A stretch of 39,944 nt of DNA from Polyangiales bacterium (GCA_045106895.1 JBGCFM010000187.1:1-39944), one strand, 5' to 3'; counted from the first letter of the stretch, positions 1 through 9,365 are shown. Numbers and translations: made by a program. Notes: generated by a model not told the origin, from the letters alone.

Positions 1-1564
1 GATCTTCTGGCTCCGCAACGACGGGGTCCGGCGTGTCGAAGGGAGAAGGGAACTCCATCGAGAGCGGGTCGGGCATCGTCTGCCGATCGCGCCCTGGTTG
101 CGGCGTCGTCGGAACGGCTTCGGGAGCAGCGGCCTCCGCCGTGTCCAGCTTTGCTTTCATGTCCGGGCGCGACTTCGTGCTCGTTGGCTTCGCGAGCGTG
201 GGTGACGAAAGAGCCGCAAGCGCCGGGTTGCTTTCCTGGATGCTCCTCGACACGGAATAGCTCACCGGGTCCAGGTCACCGGAGAGCGTCGAATCCACGT
301 TCGGTCCGTTACGAAGCTCTTTCGCAAAGATGGACTGCACCAGCTCCGCGATTCGTTCTTTGCCGACGTCGGCGCGCTGGCCTTCGATATAAAGTGTCAG
401 CACATCTCGCATACCCGCAGAGGTGGGGAAGCGTGCCGTTGGATCTTTGTCGAGGGCCGTCGCGCAGATGGCTTCGAGCTCTCGTGGTGCTTCGACCCAA
501 TGCTCCGAAAGGGCCGGTACACGCTCACGGACGATGGCGCGTACGGTCTCGCGGTCGCTCCCGCGTCGAAATAGTCGCTTGCCCGTGAGGGCCTCGAAGA
601 GGACGACGCCGAGAGCGAAGATATCGCTGCGGAAGTCGATGACTTCGCCCTCGCACTGCTCTGGCGCCATATAGGCGAACTTGCCTTTGACCACGCCGGC
701 GGCGGTCACATGCGCTGCTCCCATCGCTTTGGCGATGCCGAAGTCCAGCAACTTCACGGTGCCGTCGTAGCCAACCATGATGTTGTGAGGAGAGACGTCA
801 CGGTGAATGAGGCCCATGAGGTCCCCGTTCGCGTCGCGGGAAGTGTGGGCGTAGTGAAGCGCGTCGGCGATCGCACGAACGATGGCACTGGCCATCACCG
901 GAGGAATCCCGCCGGTCTTCGAAGCGCGCCGTACGAGCTTCGCGAGGGTGACACCATTCACCCACTCCATTGCGATGTAGTAGCGGCCGCGCTCTTCACC
1001 CGCATCGAGGAAGCGCCCGATGTTCGGGTGCTCGAGTTGCATGCCGACTCGCGCCTCATCGAGGAACATCTCAACGAACTCATCGTCGCTGTCGTAGGTC
1101 GCGAGGATCTTTTTCAGAACGATGGGTTCTGCTTGGCCGGGCTTACGCGCGAGAAGGATCTCCGCCATGCCGCCAATGGCGAGACGACCCAAAACTTGGT
1201 AACCCGCGAACTCTCCAATTGCTGGCAGCTCCGCTCCTTTTTGAAAGAGCTGCGCGCCGCTTAGTAGGTTGTTGGATGAAGGTCCGCGCGTCGCTTGTTT
1301 GGACGGCGCTCGTTGTCCTGGCCGACGAGGGCTCTTCGGTGCCGGCTTCGCTTTGCGAAGGAGTGGCTTTGCCCGCGTCCGACTTTTTGTGGGCGGCGGC
1401 GTTAGGTCGACGGGGGCCGACGGGAGTTCGATCCCGTCGAGGATGTGTTCCGGGATCTCTTTTGGTCGCGAGAAACGTTCATCGCGATCGATGGCGGGGT
1501 CGTCGTCGGAGACGGAACGAAACCTTGCAGTCGAACTCGTATGCCTGTCTTTCCCTTCCGCCAC
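1..1564 (-). CDS. Ser/Thr protein kinase (Hanks/Pkn2 type); 3' end runs off the window edge
   Basis: Absent from the ORF track because there is no stop in the window. Manual translation of the minus strand gives YQVLGRLAIGGMAEI, IVLKRI, HRDVSPHN, KLLDFGIAKA, KGKFAYMAPEQ and SDIFALG. Start placed at GTG 1564, 8 nt after TAAGAT. A ~120 aa Pro/Lys/Arg-rich extension precedes the kinase domain. Confidence 0.92.
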   Translation of the reverse strand, partial: MAEGKDRHTSSTARFRSVSDDDPAIDRDERFSRPKEIPEHILDGIELPSAPVDLTPPPTKSRTRAKPLLRKAKPAPKSPRRPGQRAPSKQATRGPSSNNLLSGAQLFQKGAELPAIGEFAGYQVLGRLAIGGMAEILLARKPGQAEPIVLKKILATYDSDDEFVEMFLDEARVGMQLEHPNIGRFLDAGEERGRYYIAMEWVNGVTLAKLVRRASKTGGIPPVMASAIVRAIADALHYAHTSRDANGDLMGLIHRDVSPHNIMVGYDGTVKLLDFGIAKAMGAAHVTAAGVVKGKFAYMAPEQCEGEVIDFRSDIFALGVVLFEALTGKRLFRRGSDRETVRAIVRERVPALSEHWVEAPRELEAICATALDKDPTARFPTSAGMRDVLTLYIEGQRADVGKERIAELVQSIFAKELRNGPNVDSTLSGDLDPVSYSVSRSIQESNPALAALSSPTLAKPTSTKSRPDMKAKLDTAEAAAPEAVPTTPQPGRDRQTMPDPLSMEFPSPFDTPDPVVAEPED

Positions 1565-1614
1565 TTCCCACCATCTTACTTGAAAACGGGCTTCGATACC
1601 GCTTAAGCACGGTA

Positions 1615-2433
1615 CTATGGCAGAAATGCTCGCAGATCGAGACGAACCCCTGGGGTTTCCGTGAGCTCTTCGTCGAGGATCCAGAGTCTCCTGGCGTCGA
1701 AGAGCACGGCCAGGCGCTGTCCTGGGTGTTCAAGGAGAGCCTCGCGGAACAGCCTGCGATGGCCACTCCAGTCTGCTCGGGCAGGGTCGTCGCCGAGCGC
1801 TCTGTCCCTCGAACGGTCGGTCCAGGCGCTCATTCGCCGATAGAGCGGGGACGAGAGCCACTCGGGTTTTGTACGTCCTTCGCGATCGCTTCGCCGCCGG
1901 AGATAGTCTCGTGCCCGCCGATAGATGTCGTCGTCGGGACCATCTGGGTAGCTGGCGCGATAGCGCGCAAAGCGGATTTGGGTTTCCGGCGTGTGTGCGC
2001 TTATCCCACTGATGGGCAGTCCAGCGTCCAGCGCGTAGCGCATCGCCTCGCGAGACTCTGGCAGCGCGTCAAACCACGGGTGCGCCGTGTCCAAGAGCGA
2101 TGGATCGGCGACGACCGCCGCTACGAGCCGGGGTGGCGCTTGGACGACGACGACGCTCGGCCGAACCCGCTCCAGCAGCGACCTCACCCGAGCGAGAGGA
2201 TACTCCTCGCTCTCGAGATGGCGGGCGTGCAGTGCCGGAACAAACACAACCTCGGTTCTGCCGAGGGAGCGAGTGGTCGGTCCGTAGTTGGGAGCCCGGC
2301 ATGCGCAAAACGTCAGTAGCAGCGCCGCGATGCAGACGTGTCGTGAGCTGGAGCGAGTTCCAGTGAGGCTGGTACACTCTCTCGTCGTGCTTCGCGGGCC
2401 CTGCGTTGCTCGTCGTCCAAATGCCGCTGGCAT
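1615..2433 (-). CDS. Putative lipoprotein, possible TraB/TIKI-like fold
   Basis: Within ORF 1615..2481. ATG 2433 follows a purine-rich RBS (GGGAGGAGGAAGGA). Hydrophobic stretch IAALLLTFCAC is lipobox-like. It fills the gap between two co-oriented kinase genes. Confidence 0.7.
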   Translation of the reverse strand: MPAAFGRRATQGPRSTTRECTSLTGTRSSSRHVCIAALLLTFCACRAPNYGPTTRSLGRTEVVFVPALHARHLESEEYPLARVRSLLERVRPSVVVVQAPPRLVAAVVADPSLLDTAHPWFDALPESREAMRYALDAGLPISGISAHTPETQIRFARYRASYPDGPDDDIYRRARDYLRRRSDREGRTKPEWLSSPLYRRMSAWTDRSRDRALGDDPARADWSGHRRLFREALLEHPGQRLAVLFDARRLWILDEELTETPGVRLDLRAFLP

Positions 2434-2493
2434 TCCTTCCTCCTCCCGCCTTGGTCTCACAAAGCCTACCTTCCCCCTCAACCTTTCTGAATC

Positions 2494-3750
2494 CTAGTCG
2501 CGCAGAATGCGGCGGGCTGTTGCGACAAGGGAAAGTGGTTCGAGTGGTTTGACCAAAAAACCGTCCGCCCCAAGAGATTGCAAGAGGCGCCAGTCCGTCG
2601 CCCCGCCAGCAGCGGTCACGACGAGGATACGGAGTTTTCCGTGCTCGCTTTTTGCGCGAATCGCCGCCGTCAATTCTACGCCGTTGAGGCCAGGCATGTC
2701 GAGGTCGATGACCGCGAGGTCGCTCTTGACGAGGTCGAGTTCTCGGAGCGCGGACTCCCCGTCTCCTACGACGACGGTCTCGCCTCCCGGGAATGCATAC
2801 TCGAGAATCGCTTTGGCGATACAGCGAAATGCTTCATCGTCGTCTGCGATGACGATGCGGTAGCCCGGCATCGAAAGGCGCAGCTCCTCTCTGGCGTTCA
2901 TCAGCTCATACGCGAACTCCCCGGCGGTAGCCTGACGCTCTTCGGGGTTGCGTGAGATCGCGAGGAGGATGGCTTCGTCGAAGGCCGCTGAGAGGTCAGG
3001 GCGATACGTGGAGGGAGGCAGCGCTGTGGACCCTGAACGATGCTCGGCTTTGTACTCATCGAGGGTCTCGATATCGTAGGGCAAGCGGCCGGTGAGCATC
3101 TCGTAGGTCATCACTCCGAGGGAATAGACATCGGCGCGCCCATCGATGACCTCGTTCGACATGAACTCTGGAGGCAAGTACGAGGGAGTGCCGACGATGA
3201 GGCCGGTCTCGTCCGCTGTACCGAGTCTTCGAACGAGACCAAAGTCCGCCAACGCAATTCGATGGGAATGCCCAATGAGAACGTTTCCTGGTTTGACGTC
3301 TGCGTGAACCGCGCCGGTTTTATGGATCGCGTCGAGGCCGCGGCCGACCTGCTCGATGATGCCCAGGACAATATCGATGGAGGCTTCGCCCTCCCGGCGT
3401 TGGTCCATCCAGTCCGCGAGGTTTGTCCCTGGGACGTACTCCATGACGAAGTAAGGAATGGTCTCGTGTTCTCCCCGCGCGAAGATCTGGACAACGTTTT
3501 CGTGTCGGACCCGAGCCATCGCTTGAGCCTCGGCGACGAAGCGCTCGCGAATAAGAGGGCGACCCAGGAGGCCCTTCGCGACGAGCTTGATCGCCACGTC
3601 TCGCTTGAGTCGATGGTCGTGGGCGAGAAGAACCACGCCCATACCGCCCTCTCCAATGATTCGCTGAACCTGGTAGGCCCCGTCGATCATTGGAGGGTTC
3701 GAGTCATCGGATGCTCGTTCGCTCTCGCTTGCCAAAACTGACTTACCCAC
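2494..3750 (-). CDS. Ser/Thr protein kinase fused to a C-terminal receiver (REC) domain
   Basis: Kinase motifs IGEGGMGVV, VAIK, HADVKPGN, DFG, GTPSYLPPE, DVYSLG. REC motifs IVIADDD, IDLDMPGLNG, VVTA, FLVKP. Confidence 0.93.
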   Translation of the reverse strand: MGKSVLASESERASDDSNPPMIDGAYQVQRIIGEGGMGVVLLAHDHRLKRDVAIKLVAKGLLGRPLIRERFVAEAQAMARVRHENVVQIFARGEHETIPYFVMEYVPGTNLADWMDQRREGEASIDIVLGIIEQVGRGLDAIHKTGAVHADVKPGNVLIGHSHRIALADFGLVRRLGTADETGLIVGTPSYLPPEFMSNEVIDGRADVYSLGVMTYEMLTGRLPYDIETLDEYKAEHRSGSTALPPSTYRPDLSAAFDEAILLAISRNPEERQATAGEFAYELMNAREELRLSMPGYRIVIADDDEAFRCIAKAILEYAFPGGETVVVGDGESALRELDLVKSDLAVIDLDMPGLNGVELTAAIRAKSEHGKLRILVVTAAGGATDWRLLQSLGADGFLVKPLEPLSLVATARRILRD

Positions 3751-3878
3751 GGTCTTCTAAGGACGACTCTCCGCAGCCCCTATTCAACCCCCATCGTGCA
3801 ATACATGAGTGTTCTACTCAAGAAAGAGTCGACGAGAAGAGCCACGGTCATCGCTCATTCAAGCTAACCTCTTTGGGG

Positions 3879-4544
3879 ATGTCCCTCGACGACCTCAACG
3901 CCAAGCTCGCGGAGCTGCGCCAAAGCTTGGAGCGGGGATTGGCCGATCGTGTGCGGGTCTTCGATGGCGCCGATTTGGCGACGATTCGACGGGAAGCCCA
4001 CAAACTCCGCGGCGGCTTTCCCCACCAAAGACGTCTCACAGAGCTCGCTGCGCAGGTGGAGGAGCTAGCCGGGCAAGGGGAGGAAGAGCTCGCACGCCAT
4101 GCGGCGGTGAGTCTTTGCGAGGAAGCACGGCGGATTGCCCGGGCTTCGAAGTCGCCTGTGCCCGTCGAGTCTTTTCCGAGCGAGACCGGTCGACCTCGTC
4201 GAATCCTGGTGGTGGATGACGACGACGCCATTCGGCGGCTGACCATGCTGAGCTTGTCGCGTCTTGGAGGCCATGAGGTTCGAGGAGCGGACGGAACCCG
4301 TGGTGTCCTCGAGCAGGCGCGGGCGGGCCTCTTCGACCTCATCATCGCCGACGCGATGATGCCCGGGGTCGGGGGCGTCGAGCTGGCTCTTTGCCTTCGT
4401 GAAGAGGCTCCCGCTCTACCCATTGTCGTCCTGAGCGCCGCGGCGCCGGAGGAGCTGGGGGCGTCAGAGCATGGGCTCACCTGGTGGCGAAAGCCAATCT
4501 CGCCTCATGAGCTGGTTCGGCGGGTCACAGCGCTGCTGGCGTAG
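3879..4544 (+). CDS. Hpt-like domain plus receiver domain response regulator
   Basis: In ORF 3690..4544; ATG 3879 lies 8 nt after TAACCT. Helical N-domain with AHKLRGG (Hpt His motif), then REC motifs ILVVDDD, IADAMMPG, VLSA, RKP. Confidence 0.85.
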   Translation: MSLDDLNAKLAELRQSLERGLADRVRVFDGADLATIRREAHKLRGGFPHQRRLTELAAQVEELAGQGEEELARHAAVSLCEEARRIARASKSPVPVESFPSETGRPRRILVVDDDDAIRRLTMLSLSRLGGHEVRGADGTRGVLEQARAGLFDLIIADAMMPGVGGVELALCLREEAPALPIVVLSAAAPEELGASEHGLTWWRKPISPHELVRRVTALLA

Positions 4545-4655
4545 AACGGCCGAATCGGCTGCGCCGGAGTGCAGATCCTGCAGCCGCGTCTGCGCTTTCA
4601 GCCGGCGGCGCAAACGATGCCGGGCGTCAGGCACCTCATGGCAGGCGTAGATTCT

Positions 4656-4670
4656 CGGCACGGAGTTTGA
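4656..4670 (+). promoter_or_regulatory. Putative sigma-54 (-24/-12) promoter
   Basis: CGGCACG-GAGT-TTGA against consensus TGGCACG-N4-TTGC: correct spacing, GA instead of GC at -12. A palindrome TGCAG-ATC-CTGCA at 4570..4582 lies upstream, and the downstream operon encodes a sigma-54 activator. Confidence 0.55.
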
Positions 4671-4689
4671 AAAGAGCCTGACGAGAGCC

Positions 4690-4827
4690 ATGAGCAACGA
4701 GGACATGAGGAAAGGGACGTTCGGGGAGATGTGCTCCCAGGGCCTCCCATGGCACTATCGAATGCTGATGCCGGACGTCGCCCGCGGATTCACTGGTCTC
4801 GAACGCTCGCGGTGGTTGGGTCGGTGA
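4690..4827 (+). CDS. Candidate 45-aa small protein
   Basis: MSNEDMRKGTFGEMCSQGLPWHYRMLMPDVARGFTGLERSRWLGR. It starts just after the putative sigma-54 promoter, and its TGA overlaps an in-frame GTG of the histidine kinase (GTGA at 4824-4827). Confidence 0.3.
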   Translation: MSNEDMRKGTFGEMCSQGLPWHYRMLMPDVARGFTGLERSRWLGR

Positions 4828-6044
4828 AGCCGAGCGACACAAAGTTCGTTGGGCTTCTCTCTTTACTGGCGGGTGCGGCGGCGCTGGCCCTCGTCGCGAG
4901 CCAGGTCTTCACACAGCTCGGGTTGCGGCGTGCGATGGACGCCGCGGACCATCGTGAGGCCGAACAGTTCTTTGAGGCGCTCCGCGGGCTCGGTCCACGA
5001 CCGCTGAGTGACGAGGCACTCGCGCTCTTCTTGGCGGAGCATCACGAGGAAGGGCTTCGTTACGTAAGGCTCGGGCGTCCTTGGGACGGCGACTTCTCCG
5101 CCGGCGAAGCCCAGCTTAGTAGCGAGGGGCGCCATGGTCTTCAGCGCGGTGGGGGTCTCGTTCGTGCCTATCGAACACCGCCACATCCTCCGGGAGACCG
5201 ACCTGGGCCAAGACCTGGGAAGCGACCCGGCAAACGGCCCCCTCGACGTGCTGAACACACGGAGGTCATCGAGTTCGTGCCAACGCTCGGTCCCGAGCTG
5301 CAGCGGGATGCTCGCTTGGGCCTAGGCGCTTCGGGCTTCGCCGTGGTTCTCTTCGTTCTATTGGCTCTTACGATGCGGCAGATGCTCCGCCAACGCGCCG
5401 AGGCACTCCACGCCGCGGAAGACGCGCGCCGCCTCGCTGTCCTCGGCGAGATGACCGCGGTGCTCGCTCACGAGATCCGCAATCCCCTGGCGTCGCTGAA
5501 GGGTCACGCGCAGCTCCTCGTCGAAATGCTCGACGGCGCCCAACGAAGGAAAGCGGACAAAGTCGTCGCCGAGGCGTGGCGCCTTGAAGAGCTCACACGT
5601 CATCTGCTCGATTTTGTGCGCAGCCCGGAGCTGAAGCGAGAGCGAACGGACCTCGCGCAACTTGCGCGCGAAGTGGGCGAGAGCATCGAGGGGGAGTTTC
5701 AGACACGCGGCGAAGCGAGCGCGTGCGTCGATGCGGCGAGGGTTCGCCAGGCGCTCACCAATATCGCGAGCAACGCAGCAGCGGCCGGCGGCCCCGTAGA
5801 GCTTGTCGTGCAAAGCGAGGGCGCGTTGGCTTCGATCCAGGTGCTGGACCAAGGGCCAGGGCTCGATGGCACGCTGGAAGAGCTCTGCGAGCCTTTCTAC
5901 ACGACCCGAACGCGCGGCACGGGCCTGGGGCTCTCCATCGCGAAGCGCATCATCGATCAGCACGGAGGCGAATTGCGTGCTCAGAGCCGCCCTGAAGGCG
6001 GCGCCTGTTTTACGATTGAGCTGCCCCGGGAGGCGACGTCATGA
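4824..6044 (+). CDS. Membrane sensor histidine kinase (NtrB-like)
   Basis: Two hydrophobic segments, H-box LAHEIRNPL, N-box QALTNIASNA, G1 DQGPG, F-box PFYTT, G2 GTGLGL. Start uncertain (4731, 4749 or 4824). ATGA overlap with the next gene. Confidence 0.93.
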   Translation: MKPSDTKFVGLLSLLAGAAALALVASQVFTQLGLRRAMDAADHREAEQFFEALRGLGPRPLSDEALALFLAEHHEEGLRYVRLGRPWDGDFSAGEAQLSSEGRHGLQRGGGLVRAYRTPPHPPGDRPGPRPGKRPGKRPPRRAEHTEVIEFVPTLGPELQRDARLGLGASGFAVVLFVLLALTMRQMLRQRAEALHAAEDARRLAVLGEMTAVLAHEIRNPLASLKGHAQLLVEMLDGAQRRKADKVVAEAWRLEELTRHLLDFVRSPELKRERTDLAQLAREVGESIEGEFQTRGEASACVDAARVRQALTNIASNAAAAGGPVELVVQSEGALASIQVLDQGPGLDGTLEELCEPFYTTRTRGTGLGLSIAKRIIDQHGGELRAQSRPEGGACFTIELPREATS

Positions 6045-7339
6045 GTGTTGTATTGGTCGTGGACGATGAAGAAGGCGTCCGCAGCTTTGTCGCCGAGGCG
6101 TTGTCGGGTGTGGGGCATAACGTCATCTGCGCAGCGGACGGCGCCGAAGCCGTGGAGGAACTCAAGCGCACGAAGTGCGATGTGGTTCTGACGGACCTGA
6201 AGATGCCGCGGATCGACGGTATGGAGCTCCTTAAGCAAGCTCGAGAGATTCAACCCGACGCGGCGCTCATCATGTTGACGGCGCACGGCGATGTCGGCGC
6301 GGCGGTTAAGGCAATGCGGCTTGGCGCCTACGACTTCTTGGAGAAGCCTATCGGAAGCTTGGCGGAACTCCGTCAGGTGGTGGCTCAGGCCATCGAACAT
6401 AGCGCGCTGATTCGGCCCGTCGCGAGTCGCTCGTGGCAGACGGAGTCCAAGGAGATGGTGAGCGTCGTAGATGCCATGGAGCGCGTCGCAAAAACCGACG
6501 CTACGGTATTGCTCAGCGGCGAAAGCGGGACAGGAAAAGAAGTCGCCGCACGTCATCTGCATGGCCAAAGCCGCCGCGCTTCCCAGCCCTTCGTCGCCAT
6601 CAACTGCGCGGCGCTCTCGTCTCACCTCGTGGAGAGCGAGCTCTTTGGGCACGAAAAGGGCGCCTTCACCGGCGCGGATGCACGGCGCCGCGGACGCATT
6701 GAAATCGCCGACGGCGGAACGTTCTTCCTCGATGAGGTCGGCGAACTTGAGCCCAAATTGCAGGCCAAGCTTTTGCGTGTCTTGCAGGAGAAGACCTTTG
6801 AGCGCGTTGGCGGAACACAGACGCTTCGGGCAAATGTACGCTGGGTCGCTGCCACCAATCGCGATCTGCACGCGATGATCGAGGAGGGCTCGTTTCGCCA
6901 AGACCTCTACCATCGCCTCGCCGTCTTCCCGATCCGCTTGCCGCCGCTCCGAAAGCGCCGAGACGATATCCCCCAGCTCGCCCAGGAGCTCCTCCACGCG
7001 GTGGCCAAGGAGCTAGACCGAGAAGGGCTCTCTCTCGCCGACGGCGCCCTCTCACGTTTGGCCAAGGCGGACTGGCCGGGGAATATTCGCGAGCTCCGCA
7101 ATACTCTGGAGCGCGCCGCGATCCTCTCCGACGGGCCCGTGCTTCGTGCCGCCGATATCCGCTTCGACTCGCCGCCCTCGGCGGCGGGCGAGTTTGACGG
7201 AACCCTCGCGGACATGGAAAAGCGCGCCATCGCCGATGCGCTCAGCAGCAGCGGCGGGAACCGAAAGGCAGCCGCCGAGAAGCTCGGCATCGGTGTCCGC
7301 ACCCTCTACGACAAACTACGCCGATACGAGCTGGGCTGA
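6041..7339 (+). CDS. Sigma-54-dependent response regulator (NtrC/AtoC family enhancer-binding protein)
   Basis: REC domain (VVDDE, TDLKMP, EKP), Walker A GESGTGKE, GAFTGA loop, FLDEVGEL, WPGNIREL and a C-terminal Fis-type HTH (AAEKLGIGVRTLYDKL). Confidence 0.96.
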   Translation: MSVVLVVDDEEGVRSFVAEALSGVGHNVICAADGAEAVEELKRTKCDVVLTDLKMPRIDGMELLKQAREIQPDAALIMLTAHGDVGAAVKAMRLGAYDFLEKPIGSLAELRQVVAQAIEHSALIRPVASRSWQTESKEMVSVVDAMERVAKTDATVLLSGESGTGKEVAARHLHGQSRRASQPFVAINCAALSSHLVESELFGHEKGAFTGADARRRGRIEIADGGTFFLDEVGELEPKLQAKLLRVLQEKTFERVGGTQTLRANVRWVAATNRDLHAMIEEGSFRQDLYHRLAVFPIRLPPLRKRRDDIPQLAQELLHAVAKELDREGLSLADGALSRLAKADWPGNIRELRNTLERAAILSDGPVLRAADIRFDSPPSAAGEFDGTLADMEKRAIADALSSSGGNRKAAAEKLGIGVRTLYDKLRRYELG

Positions 7340-7375
7340 CCTCGCGCCCCTTGTTTTCGCCTCGGGCTTCTTCCG

Positions 7376-8065
7376 CTAGTTCTTCACGAAGCGTTTGCCT
7401 TCGGTGCTCTCGCCGACGAACTTGCGGAGCCACTCGTTGATGGCGTGGCCTTCGGCGAAGGTCTTGACCATGCGCTCCGCGAGCTCCGGTCCGTGCATCC
7501 AAGTGCCGGCCTTGAACCTGCGTGATGTTGTGAGCCCCTTGTGACGCAGCAAAGTGATGCGCGGGTGGTCTTTTGCGTATCCGCGCGGAGCGGTCTTGAG
7601 GGCCGAACCACCGACTTCGAGGCCCGCCTTCTCTGCCTTCGCCACGAGCTTCTCAAGCTGTTTTCCGCTCTTGTCGTCGTCGATGGCTTCGTAGAAACGC
7701 GCGAGCTGGTCCTTCGCCATCATGTGGCAACCAGACGCGGCGAACATGTGGTCCGACTCGATGTGAAGGTAGTGCACGATGCCTTTGCGCTCGAAGACAG
7801 CGGAGGCGTGGGTCTTGTACGGCGTCTTGTCTTTGCTGAAGCGCACGTCGCGGTGAATACGAAAGTTCTTTCCGTTGCCGTAGGCTTTCTCGCCCTCTTC
7901 CACAACGGTCTTGAGGTGCGCGAGGACGTGCTCCTCGTAGCGCGCCTTGTTGGCCATGAACCATTCGCGTTTGTTGTTCTTCCTAAGCTCCTTGAGGAAT
8001 TTCAAACCTTCCTTCGGGAAGCCCTGGAAGGCCTTGAATGTAGGAGTCTTTTTGCGTGCAGCCAT
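7376..8065 (-). CDS. DUF2461 / TIGR02453 family protein
   Basis: FLKELRKNNKREWF, FRIHRDVRFSKDKTPYKTH and LKTAPRGYAKDHPRITLLRHK are typical of this family. Start 8065 or 8074. Confidence 0.88.
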   Translation of the reverse strand: MAARKKTPTFKAFQGFPKEGLKFLKELRKNNKREWFMANKARYEEHVLAHLKTVVEEGEKAYGNGKNFRIHRDVRFSKDKTPYKTHASAVFERKGIVHYLHIESDHMFAASGCHMMAKDQLARFYEAIDDDKSGKQLEKLVAKAEKAGLEVGGSALKTAPRGYAKDHPRITLLRHKGLTTSRRFKAGTWMHGPELAERMVKTFAEGHAINEWLRKFVGESTEGKRFVKN

Positions 8066-8138
8066 GGGCGGCATCCTCGCACGCCGCGCAAATACTGAAA
8101 ACTTCGATTCTCAAGCCTCCCGCGCTACCTTCCCGGCG

Positions 8139-9365
8139 ATGGGCACCCCTTCACGTATCCAGCTCGAGGGCGGCGAAGAGTCGCTGCTTTCGCCGAGCAA
8201 AGGGCCTTGGTGGGAGACCCTCGATCCGCGTTTTTCAAAGCGACCCGAGCGCTTTGCCCTCGAAGGCGGCGACCGGGTTCGAGTGGGCGCCACGGCAGGC
8301 TCGGACGTGGTCCTTCGCTCCGCCGCCGCCAGCCTCGTCGGCGGCTTGGCGCTGCCCCTCGGCTACGGGCCACGTGCTCTCAAGAAGTCCTTCGACGACC
8401 TCGACTTCTATCTGCCCATGGCGGAGTCCGGCGACCCCTCTCGCTTCTTCAAAGAGCCTCCGAAGGGCGTTCGGGTTCGAGCATCCAAAGCGAACTGGTA
8501 CCCGCGCTTCGATCCCGATGACGGAGTCTGCGAGACGCTCACCTTCGACAGCCCCTTCATGCCCGCGAACCCGCGGCTGCACCGAAGCTACTTGAAGAAC
8601 AAGAACAACCGCGTCGCCCACGCACGTTACTGGCGTCACGGTGGTGACAAACCCAGGCCCACCCTCGTCGCGGTTCATGGCTTCGCCGCAGACCTCTACG
8701 TTCTCAACGAGTGGTACTTCGCGCTGCCCTGGTTCTACCGAATGGGCTGCGACGTCGCGCTCTTTACGCTCCCTTTTCACGGCTCTCGTCAGGGCCGGGC
8801 TTCACCTTTCAGTGGCCACGGCTATTTCGCCGGCGGCCCGTCCCACATCAACGAGGCCGTCGCCCAGTCCGTGATGGACTTTCGAATCTTGTTGCGCTGG
8901 CTCATGGAGGAGCGCGGCGCGCCTGCCGTCGGAGTCGCCGGCGTAAGCCTAGGTGGTTTCACCAGTTCCATTTTGGCTGCCGTCGAAGACAAGCTGGCGT
9001 TCTCCATCCCCAACGTTCCCGTCATTTCGCTGCCGGACCTCGTCGACGAGTGGGAGCCCATCGGTGCCACCTTGCGCATGGGCCTGCGACTCACTCGCAA
9101 GGACATGATCGACGCGCGTCGCCTCATCGCGGTCAGCTGCCCCCTTACCTACAAGGCGCTCTTGCCCCACGACCGCCGCATGATCGTCGGCGGCGTTGGT
9201 GACCGTCTGGCGCCGCCCAAACACTCGCGGGTCTTGTGGGAGCATTGGGATCGCTGCGCTCTTCACTGGTTCCCGGGCAGCCACCTCGTCCATTTGGACC
9301 GTGGCCAATACCTCGACGCGATGGCGCGATTTCTGCGACGCGTCGATTTCCTGCCCGACGCCTGA
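8139..9365 (+). CDS. Alpha/beta hydrolase family protein
   Basis: VHGF oxyanion motif, LPFHGSR, nucleophile elbow GVSLGG, acid GDRLAPP, His in WFPGSH. ATG 8139 lies 7 nt after TACCTT. Confidence 0.9.
   Translation: MGTPSRIQLEGGEESLLSPSKGPWWETLDPRFSKRPERFALEGGDRVRVGATAGSDVVLRSAAASLVGGLALPLGYGPRALKKSFDDLDFYLPMAESGDPSRFFKEPPKGVRVRASKANWYPRFDPDDGVCETLTFDSPFMPANPRLHRSYLKNKNNRVAHARYWRHGGDKPRPTLVAVHGFAADLYVLNEWYFALPWFYRMGCDVALFTLPFHGSRQGRASPFSGHGYFAGGPSHINEAVAQSVMDFRILLRWLMEERGAPAVGVAGVSLGGFTSSILAAVEDKLAFSIPNVPVISLPDLVDEWEPIGATLRMGLRLTRKDMIDARRLIAVSCPLTYKALLPHDRRMIVGGVGDRLAPPKHSRVLWEHWDRCALHWFPGSHLVHLDRGQYLDAMARFLRRVDFLPDA

Noticed and set aside
1..4. Window begins with GATC and is ~40 kb, as in a Sau3AI cosmid/fosmid insert
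   Set aside because: A 4-mer match is weak evidence, the right end does not end in GATC, and it says nothing about the biology.
710..2319. Long plus-strand ORFs 710..1264 and 970..2319
   Set aside because: Antisense shadows of the minus-strand kinase and lipoprotein genes, with no recognisable motifs. Long shadow ORFs are expected at this GC content.
5981..6997. 338-aa minus-strand ORF
   Set aside because: Antisense to the clearly identified NtrC-family gene.
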